64,000 nt of DNA, taken from NCBI GenBank assembly GCA_963802515.1, contig CAWDIX010000003.1, positions 345,018 through 409,017 of the forward strand, read 5' to 3'. Below, piece by piece: positions 1 to 7,058 of this stretch (position 1 is its first letter; each line of letters begins with the position of its first letter). The notes below the pieces were generated by a model. The model was not told where the DNA came from and searched no databases. It was given only the letters and a program-made list of their open reading frames with translations. The position numbers and the translations under genes are program-made. Source of the DNA: an uncultured Verrucomicrobiae bacterium (GTDB lineage: Bacteria; Verrucomicrobiota; Verrucomicrobiia; Limisphaerales; UBA11358).

Positions 1-6
1 TGCGGT

Positions 7-33
7 CTTCGGCGGCACGCCGAAGAATTTGTT
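7..33 (+). terminator. candidate intrinsic terminator-like hairpin at window edge
   Basis: Perfect 8-bp stem cttcggcg(7-14)/cgccgaag(18-25) with a 3-nt loop, followed by aatttgtt. The upstream gene lies outside the window. Confidence 0.25.
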
Positions 34-194
34 CCCGCTCCTTGCTTCACCAAACGGTGTGAACCAAACGGGATGACGAAGTGTTTGGCGGGCCGCCAAA
101 CACGGCAGGCCGGCGGCCCGCCCTCCCCGACAAATTCGCGTCCATCAAGTCAATTCGCAGATGACACCTCGTTTACCTTGAACAAGCCCGGCGA

Positions 195-929
195 TTGCCG
201 GTCGAATGGGCAATGAACATGGCAACCCTGCGTTCCAAGGCCCGCCGCTGGTGGCGGCAGGAAATCCGGCCACTGCTGATTCTGGCACTGGTGCTCTTCT
301 CCATCCGCTCCTCGCTCGCCGATTGGAATGACGTGCCGTCCGGCTCCATGCAGCCGACGATCCTTGTCGGCGACCGCATCTTCGTCAACAAACTGGCGTA
401 TGACCTGAAGGTGCCGTTTACCACCTGGCATCTGGCGCAGTGGTCGAATCCGCGGCGCGGCGACATTGTGGTGTTTTACTCACCGCACGACGGCACGCGC
501 CTGGTCAAACGCGTGGTCGGTTTGCCGGGCGACACGGTCGAATTGCGGAATGATCAACTCATCATCAACGGCAACCCGGTGGATTACGCTCCCCTGCCTG
601 CCGAAATCTCAGCCCAGTTGCCCGAAGCGGAACGTCAAAGCAGCATCTTCGCCACCGAAAAATTGTCCGCTCACCCGCATGCTGTGATGGCGATACCGGG
701 TGTCCCGGCCAAACGGACATTTGGCCCGGTTCAAGTGCCGGTGGGCCATTACTTCATGATGGGCGACAATCGCGACAACAGTTTCGACTCCCGCTATTTC
801 GGCACGGTCGAGCGAAAGGAAATTGTGGGCAAGGCGACTTCCGTTGTGATGTCCCTCGACCGAAGCAATTACTGGCTCCCGCGCGGGCAGCGCTTCTTCA
901 GCTCCCTCGATGCCAAGGCGTCCCAGTGA
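195..929 (+). CDS. lepB: signal peptidase I
   Basis: N-terminal TM segment followed by the SGSMQPT, KRVVGLPGD and GDNRDNSFDSRYFG boxes of type I signal peptidase. TTG at 195; first ATG at 213. Confidence 0.9.
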   Translation: MPVEWAMNMATLRSKARRWWRQEIRPLLILALVLFSIRSSLADWNDVPSGSMQPTILVGDRIFVNKLAYDLKVPFTTWHLAQWSNPRRGDIVVFYSPHDGTRLVKRVVGLPGDTVELRNDQLIINGNPVDYAPLPAEISAQLPEAERQSSIFATEKLSAHPHAVMAIPGVPAKRTFGPVQVPVGHYFMMGDNRDNSFDSRYFGTVERKEIVGKATSVVMSLDRSNYWLPRGQRFFSSLDAKASQ

Positions 930-943
930 ACCGCGGACAGCCG

Positions 944-2707
944 TCACTCCTCACGCTTGTACTCCCTCCGACCGGACTCACCAAACGTGCCGGTCTGATG
1001 CCAGATCACGCCCGTTACTTTTCCACGATCGTTTTTCAGGAAGGTCAGTTCTTCATCCTCTGTCGTATTGAAGAAACTTGTTTCCGATTCAGGGAAATAC
1101 GCTTCGGCAAATCGTCTTGGCTTCGGGCCGGCGAACTTCTGGCCGACGAGCGCATTTCCGTCGCGTTTGAAAGTCATAACCTCGGTGCCCGGGAGTTTTT
1201 CATCCGGGGCAGCTGAGTAGCGTCCCGCATAGGCATCGCAAATATGCGGGTCGAGTTTGATGGCGATGCGGCTTTTTTCGAAAGCGGGAGCTGCCGGCGG
1301 CTGATCGGAGAATTTCTCGAATGAGATGTCGTTGGTGCCATCCAACCGTGCCGTGAGGCGGGTGACTTTGCCAGGTTCATCCCGGAAAAATGTGACGCGG
1401 TTGCCGCCCGACGTAACGAAGGAGTCTGTCTCTGGTTTTGGTTTCAAATTGAGTTGCACGGTTCTGGCCGGCAGATTGGCGTCGAGCAAGAGCCGGTTGC
1501 CGTCCCGGCGAACACCCACTACCGAAGGAGCTGAGTTCGTTCCCGAGGTAACGTTGCGAGCAACCCGGTATTGCCCCGGATATAAATCGTAGCGACGGGG
1601 AACACCTTCCCAGAGATCCAATTCGGCAGCCGAAGCAGGCTTCTTTGCGGTCAGAAGATCAAGCAGGCGCAGATACTCCTTCAGGCTAACGCTGCCGGCG
1701 GGCCAGGTTTTGTGCGCAACGACCATATCCGGCGCCGGCAGAATGGTGATGTCCTGGCCGAAGGCACCCATGGCCGTGTAGGCACCCTGATACGGGCCGG
1801 TCGCAGACGGTCCGGCCCAGACCCACCACATATAACCATAACCGAAAGGGCCGGCCCGGGTATCCGCCGGCTGCATTTCGGCCAAGGGAGTCCGGACGCT
1901 GGTGCTGCGGCGCACCCATTCAGGCGGAATGATTTGGCGGTCGCGCCATTGCCCATGCCGAAGCATCAGCAGTCCCAGACGCGCCATGTCGCGGGTCGAA
2001 AGCACCAGGTGATACGCGGCATACTGCGACCTGGTCAGGTCCCCTTGCTTTTGCTGACGCTCGCGGTCGAAGTCCTGCATGCCGATCGGAATTGCGACAT
2101 CATCGCGCAGGGCGTCGTAGATGTTTTTGCCGGTCATCCGCTCAAAGGCCGCGCCGGCCGCGTTGAAATCCCAGTTGCTGTACAGCCAGCAGGTTCCCGG
2201 CGCTTTGCTGCCGCGTTTCGGCGCCAGGGACAGCAGGTCTCCCGCGTTGGAAGCCCGGTGATAGACGCCGGAACGTGCGGTGATCAAATCAATGACTTTG
2301 GCGTGCTCTTCGACAGGCAACAGGCCTCCGACATCGGACATGTCCAGGTCGGCAAGTGTGGCATCAAGACGGATTTTGCCGGTGGCTACGTACCGGCCGT
2401 AGAGCATCGAGAGGACGCTCTTGCGCGCGGACGCCAGATAACTGAGCCGCGTGACGTCGCCATATTCATAAACTACGCGGCCATGCTGCACCACCATCAG
2501 GCCGGTGGTATCCAGCGTGTGAACGTACGCATCAACTCCCCGGACGATCTCCGGTGAAAGGCCATTTGTTTCGTGCTTCCAATCAACGCCGGGAAAGACC
2601 GGTTCGGCAGAAACGCGGATGGCATTGGTGAAATCCTGCGCCAAAGCGCGAAAGGAAAACGCCGCTAACAGTAGCGTGAAACAAATGACGCGGACGGCAG
2701 GGATCAT
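944..2707 (-). CDS. secreted serine hydrolase, beta-lactamase-related family, with C-terminal DUF3471-like repeats
   Basis: Signal peptide MIPAVRVICFTLLLAAFSFRALAQ and an SxxK motif (SARK) in the N-terminal third. Overall class-C/PBP-like layout. The C-terminal part shows two similar about 90-aa segments. Confidence 0.75.
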   Translation of the reverse strand: MIPAVRVICFTLLLAAFSFRALAQDFTNAIRVSAEPVFPGVDWKHETNGLSPEIVRGVDAYVHTLDTTGLMVVQHGRVVYEYGDVTRLSYLASARKSVLSMLYGRYVATGKIRLDATLADLDMSDVGGLLPVEEHAKVIDLITARSGVYHRASNAGDLLSLAPKRGSKAPGTCWLYSNWDFNAAGAAFERMTGKNIYDALRDDVAIPIGMQDFDRERQQKQGDLTRSQYAAYHLVLSTRDMARLGLLMLRHGQWRDRQIIPPEWVRRSTSVRTPLAEMQPADTRAGPFGYGYMWWVWAGPSATGPYQGAYTAMGAFGQDITILPAPDMVVAHKTWPAGSVSLKEYLRLLDLLTAKKPASAAELDLWEGVPRRYDLYPGQYRVARNVTSGTNSAPSVVGVRRDGNRLLLDANLPARTVQLNLKPKPETDSFVTSGGNRVTFFRDEPGKVTRLTARLDGTNDISFEKFSDQPPAAPAFEKSRIAIKLDPHICDAYAGRYSAAPDEKLPGTEVMTFKRDGNALVGQKFAGPKPRRFAEAYFPESETSFFNTTEDEELTFLKNDRGKVTGVIWHQTGTFGESGRREYKREE

Positions 2708-2888
2708 TTTTTACACCTTAACAAATCATCGGGTGGCCGACAATAATTCTCCTTCTCCTGGGGGAAACTTGAGCCGACTGGAAGTCGGTAAAAGGAATTT
2801 GGCGAAGCCGAAGGCCCACGGGGCCGAACGAGCGGGCGCGAGTGAGTCAACGCCGGGATGAGGGCGGGAGTTGAACCATTTGGCAATA

Positions 2889-3062
2889 CCCTCTCCGCTT
2901 CGATTGGGGAGAGGGTCAGGGTGAGGTGTCGAAATCTGAAACAACACGAAATCCTGGCCGCACATGTAGCGCCGCAGTGAAAACGAAGGCGGAAAAACGC
3001 ACAAAAGGCACAGACATTTTTGACCGCGGATGAAACGGATTGCACGGATTCACACAAATTGG
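2889..3062. repeat. composite dispersed repeat, copy R1 (GEG-hairpin module + cacaaaag module)
   Basis: Shares long near-identical runs with 6441-6585, for example gggagagggtcagggtgaggtgtcgaaat and aaaaacgcacaaaaggc.cagacattttt.accgcggatga. R1 carries about 30 extra nt in the middle. Confidence 0.8.
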
Positions 3063-3240
3063 AAGCCTGCAAGGCTGTCAGATAACCGGTTCTGGCAAAA
3101 CGCAGCCGGTGAAAGGCCTGCTGAAAAAACTCAATGCCCGGCTCGATGCAGATATCGGTTTAGTCAAGCCGGGCGTCATCATGACCGGACTGCACGAACA
3201 CGCGTGAAATCTGATTGGTCAGAAACCAACCGACGGCGGG

Positions 3241-3270
3241 AAATAACCAAAGGCAGAGCCGTTGCCTTTC
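3241..3270 (-). terminator. candidate intrinsic terminator after the anti-sigma-like gene
   Basis: 7-bp stem aaaggca(3249-3255)/tgccttt(3263-3269). On the minus strand it is followed by ggttattt, just downstream of the stop at 3288. Confidence 0.3.
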
Positions 3271-3287
3271 GCTGATCAAGTTTCGAA

Positions 3288-4355
3288 CTACCGCCCGCTG
3301 CCGGGCTTTCCGATCGACTGTATGACTTCCGTGCCGTCGCTCAACACGTACTTGACCCGTGTGAACTTGAACGGCTTGCCCGTCACGTCTTCTTCGTAAG
3401 TCCCCAGCGTCTCACCTTTCTGCGCGGCGGATAGCCGGTTCAACTCGCCCCATTGGGCAGCGCTCAAGTCGCGCTTTGAGGCATCGAGTCGGGCTTCCGA
3501 GTGGATCACAACCGTTCCGTCTGAGAGTGTGAAAGAGTACCTCTGGAAGGTGACAGCTCTTCCCAGCCTCTGGACTTGTGCGCTGCCAAGGAGGAACTTG
3601 CCCTTCCCGGGATCGAGCCACACAAGCTGCGCCAATTCCAATTGTTGCTCGGTTGTCAGAGGCAGTGGACCCGGCTGCTCCGGGTCGGTCTCCGGCCTGG
3701 TGAGGGCTCTGCCGTCGCTAAGAACATAGCGGTAAGTGAACCTGCGTAACCTTTGGCCCCCGACCTCCTCCTCGACGATGTTGAGAATCTCTCTCTGACC
3801 TCGTTGGCGCAGGCTGGCGATTTGCTGCTGGTCGCCTTCCTGTCCTTCGTTGTGGAACGACGTGCGCCCGTCCGCAAGCACATACTTGTAAAGGAACCCC
3901 CTGACTGGCGGATTGCCCTTCACTTGAGTGTCCGTGACTCTAAAAAGTTCGCGGGCGTTCCGTTGTCTCAAGGCGTCAACTTCCTCGAGATCCTTGCGTT
4001 CTTGCTCGATACCCGCGGCGTCCAAATTTTCCCTCACTCCGACCATATACATATCGGAGGGCCCGCCTGCTTCTTTCGGCGCTGTGCTGAAGAGGTACAT
4101 GCCGTCCTTGGTTTTGCCCTGGAAATAATAATGGTGTACTTGAATAATGACTTCCGTCGCCACGGCTCCGGCTGCCACCAGGCCCAGCAGCAGCGCGGCA
4201 ATTTTCCACCAGAGGGCGGTCCCGCTGCCGGCGCGCCTGGCCTGGAGCCCGGACAGTATCTGAGCGCGCAATTGCCGCGCGTGCCCATCGGACTTGTATT
4301 CCGGCAGCACAACGCCTTTGAGAAACTCTTCGATCCGTTCGTTGTCGCTTTTCAT
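3288..4355 (-). CDS. putative anti-sigma factor: single-pass membrane protein with four tandem repeats of an unrecognised domain
   Basis: Lies 13 nt downstream of the ECF sigma gene on the same strand. One TM segment (WWKIAALLLGLVAAGAVATEVII). The extracytoplasmic part holds four units of about 45-55 aa, each ending Y.Y/F.LSDG (YKYVLADGRT, YRYVLSDGRA, YSFTLSDGTV, VKYVLSDGTE). Confidence 0.55.
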   Translation of the reverse strand: MKSDNERIEEFLKGVVLPEYKSDGHARQLRAQILSGLQARRAGSGTALWWKIAALLLGLVAAGAVATEVIIQVHHYYFQGKTKDGMYLFSTAPKEAGGPSDMYMVGVRENLDAAGIEQERKDLEEVDALRQRNARELFRVTDTQVKGNPPVRGFLYKYVLADGRTSFHNEGQEGDQQQIASLRQRGQREILNIVEEEVGGQRLRRFTYRYVLSDGRALTRPETDPEQPGPLPLTTEQQLELAQLVWLDPGKGKFLLGSAQVQRLGRAVTFQRYSFTLSDGTVVIHSEARLDASKRDLSAAQWGELNRLSAAQKGETLGTYEEDVTGKPFKFTRVKYVLSDGTEVIQSIGKPGSGR

Positions 4356-4368
4356 AATCGGCCTGGGT

Positions 4369-4971
4369 TTATCGCAATGTCAGGCCCGCCAGCACAGGGG
4401 CGTCCTTCAACCGGGCCAGCGCCCGGTGCAGTTGGGATTTAACGGTGCCTTCCCGTTGATTGGTAATTTCGCAGATTTCGGAAAGAGACTTGCCCTCGAA
4501 ATAGCGCAGGACGATGACCGTGCGATACTTCTGCCCCAGATTGAGCAACGCCCGCTGCAACAGCCGGTAATCATCCAGCCCGGCCGCTACTGTATCCGCG
4601 GAGGGGACGGCTGCCGGGAACTCGGGGTCAACCAGGCCGGCGTTCGCAGCCGACATCCGCTTCTGCTTTCGGTAATGCATGCGCAGTTCGTTCGTGGCGA
4701 TGCGGTAGAGCCACGCCCGAAAGGGGATGCGCCGCCACCGGAAAAGCCCCAGGTGGCGGAAGGCGGAAAAGAAAACATTCGAGGTGAGATCCTCCGTAAC
4801 CGCATGGTCGAGGGTGCTGTGATGGACATACCGAAAAATCTCCGGGTAGTATTTGTCGAACAACTGCCCGGCTGCGGCTGGGTCGCTCCGGGCGGCGGAA
4901 ACCAGGGCCCGATCCTCCTCCTCCCACCCGGTCGGGGTTTCGAGGCTCATTGTGGAAGCATCATTGGGCAT
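4369..4971 (-). CDS. ECF-type RNA polymerase sigma-70 family factor
   Basis: Region 2 (YYPEIFRYVHH...EDLTSNVF) and region 4 HTH (RYFEGKSLSEICEITNQREGTVKSQLHRALARLK). Confidence 0.9.
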   Translation of the reverse strand: MPNDASTMSLETPTGWEEEDRALVSAARSDPAAAGQLFDKYYPEIFRYVHHSTLDHAVTEDLTSNVFFSAFRHLGLFRWRRIPFRAWLYRIATNELRMHYRKQKRMSAANAGLVDPEFPAAVPSADTVAAGLDDYRLLQRALLNLGQKYRTVIVLRYFEGKSLSEICEITNQREGTVKSQLHRALARLKDAPVLAGLTLR

Positions 4972-5200
4972 GGCTGGTTCGAGTTCATCATTCTGTCAGT
5001 ATAATGCTCGAGGCGGCTAAAAGGATGCATATTTCGGTCAATCACCCATGGTATCCGGGAATCCACGCATGAATAAAGAGCGGCTGAGCGCGCGGCCGAC
5101 GAGCTTGGGTCAAAGGATGCTGCCCCGCCGCCGGATAGCCGCCTGATTCAATGCGTCTGAACTCAGGTGTTCAAGATGGTGAAAGAGTAAAAGCCAAAGA

Positions 5201-6349
5201 CTAAAGTTCTTTCACACACCGAAAACCGGTCTCGAGGTTGGCGTTTTGTGGGAGGTTGAAAACACGCATGGTGCAGCGCATAAAATTGGCGCTGCCGAAC
5301 CAATCGCCGCCGCGCAATAAACGGCCGGGTGATATCTCGCTGGGTCCGGCTGGTCCGGTCGGGTTGTTCGTGGTCGGCTGTCCATACGGCACCCCATACC
5401 AATCCCAGCACCACTCCTGCACGTTTCCGGCCATGTCGAACAGCCCATAGCCATTGGGCGCAAATGAGCCATCCGGACTGGTGCTGTTCTGATTGAATCC
5501 GGCATAGAAGTTCGTGTTGAAGCCGGTATAGGGCCCCAAATCATAAGTGAATCCGGCAGGGTTGGCGTCATAATTGGCCTGGCTTTCCGAGATGCTGTTG
5601 CCCCGCGGAAATCGTTGCCCGGCCAATCCGCCCCGCGCCGCCTTCTCCCACTCCGCTTCCGTCGGCAACCGATACCCATTATTCGTCAAATTGAGATACA
5701 CCGTCGTCCCGTTGTCGCCATTGGTAAACACCTGCGTAAATCCTGCATCCGTGTAATAAGCCGGCGACAAGCCCGCCTGCTGCGACCGCGCGTTGCACCA
5801 CTTCACACCATCAAACCAGTCCACCGTCACCGCCGGATAATTGTTCCCCCGGCCCGAACCGGCATTGGTAAAGCCATACCCGTTGTTCGTCGCCCAATTA
5901 TAAACTGCCTGCCATTGACCGTAGCTCACCAGATTCGCGTCCATGTAAAAAGCCGACACATAAACGTTCGTCGGGTTGGCGTCAGGAATATCCGGATCAT
6001 TCGTGGCCGAATTGTAGAAAAGATAATTTCCCATCAGGAAGGAACCGGCCGGAACCAGAACCATGCCCGTAGTCGTGTTCGTCTGGGCCAACAACCTGAA
6101 ATAACCCGCCGGTGCCGGGTTCGTAACGACCACGGCATTGACGGCGACCGCATTGCTCGCCGTCACCCAGTTGGGCGTGGCGACGTTGGTGGTTGTCTGC
6201 AAAACATAATCCGTCAGGTTCGTCGGCCAGTAAATGACAAATTGTCCGCCTGCCGGGGCGATGCCCAGATTGGTGACTTGCGCAAGCGCAGTGTGAACGC
6301 CAGCCGGCAAGGCCAGCCCGACGAGCAGACAAAGTATTTTGATTTTCAT
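5201..6349 (-). CDS. secreted formylglycine-generating-enzyme (SUMF1/FGE-sulfatase) domain protein
   Basis: Signal peptide, then an N-terminal module ending GYFRLL. Motifs GYRLPTEAEWEKAARGG, GLFDMAGNVQEWCWDWY, LRGGDW and GFRCV. Confidence 0.85.
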   Translation of the reverse strand: MKIKILCLLVGLALPAGVHTALAQVTNLGIAPAGGQFVIYWPTNLTDYVLQTTTNVATPNWVTASNAVAVNAVVVTNPAPAGYFRLLAQTNTTTGMVLVPAGSFLMGNYLFYNSATNDPDIPDANPTNVYVSAFYMDANLVSYGQWQAVYNWATNNGYGFTNAGSGRGNNYPAVTVDWFDGVKWCNARSQQAGLSPAYYTDAGFTQVFTNGDNGTTVYLNLTNNGYRLPTEAEWEKAARGGLAGQRFPRGNSISESQANYDANPAGFTYDLGPYTGFNTNFYAGFNQNSTSPDGSFAPNGYGLFDMAGNVQEWCWDWYGVPYGQPTTNNPTGPAGPSEISPGRLLRGGDWFGSANFMRCTMRVFNLPQNANLETGFRCVKEL

Positions 6350-6440
6350 AACAAATCGGGGCTCGGCCCTTCCAACTTCGGTGATGACTATATTACATTC
6401 GGTCAGGACCTTGTCAATTTAGGAACGATAGACGCGAATC

Positions 6441-6625
6441 CCCCCTCCGCCTCGATCGGGGAGAGGGTCAGGGTGAGGTGTCGAAATTTCAAACAACACG
6501 AAATCCTGGCCGCAAAAACGCACAAAAGGCGCAGACATTTTTAACCGCGGATGACACAGATTGCATGGATTCGCACAAATTGCGGGAAGACGCCCGGACC
6601 CTCGCTCCCCAAAACGCCGCCGCAA
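6441..6625. repeat. composite dispersed repeat, copy R2 (GEG hairpin + cacaaaag module + ccccaaaacgccgccgca module)
   Basis: Direct-orientation copy of R1. Its 3' part (gaagacgcccggaccctcgctccccaaaacgccgccgca) recurs at 13517-13557 and, truncated, at 10207-10232. Confidence 0.8.
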
Positions 6626-6683
6626 AGTATGCGTCTGACCATCTACGTCAGGTCAACGTTGATAAATAATTAGCTCCCGGAGT

Positions 6684-7058
6684 TCACGGATGCGCCAGAC
6701 GGAAGAACACCGTGCCCTTGGGCGGGGTATTGGTCACGCTGTTGTTGACGACCGAACCCGTATAATTTCCCCAGATGCCCGTGGATAGATTATTGTTCGT
6801 CTGAAACGTCCAGCCCGTGACCGAGGCATTCCACGAGACGATAGCCTGATTGCCAACATAAGCGATGGTCAGCAACGGTGCGCCGGAAGTTTGCACGGCG
6901 TAGAGTGCCCAGAAGCCGCCGGTGCTCGTGCCGCCACCACCGGCGACTTTATACCAGTCGATGGAATAGGATTGGGCCGAGGCCGAAAGGCAGAGTGTTC
7001 AATGGAGGATGGCGAAACAGACAGCTGCAAGATTTTTGTTTTCGTGGCCGGATGTCTT
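6684..7058 (-). pseudogene. small secreted FFRL-module protein with a decayed 5' end (intact ORF only 6684-6896)
   Basis: The GTG-initiated 70-aa ORF continues upstream in frame as TLCLSASAQSYSIDWYKVAGGGGTSTGGFWALYA. An in-frame TGA precedes this, and before the TGA lies signal-peptide-like KNLAAVCFAILH. No start codon exists between that TGA and the TAA of the upstream gene. Confidence 0.45.

Noticed and set aside
2704-3072. 122-aa and 92-aa ORFs (also 6419-6625 and 13502-13795) as genes.
   Set aside because: They are translations of the dispersed repeat modules (for example LTLTLSPIEAERV and EDARTLAPQNAAA), which recur in non-coding contexts.
5201-6349. Possible diversity-generating retroelement target, since the FGE/C-type-lectin fold is a common DGR variable protein and an Avd-like gene exists at 62694.
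   Set aside because: No reverse transcriptase ORF is present anywhere in the window. I could not find a template-repeat copy of the C-terminal 5201-5340 region. The Avd-like gene is 56 kb away.
6990-7005. TGA recoding (Trp/Gly/Sec) of the in-frame stop in the signal-peptide-like region.
   Set aside because: Many well-supported genes in the window (lepB, parB and others) terminate with TGA. No SECIS-like context is obvious, and there is also no start codon upstream.
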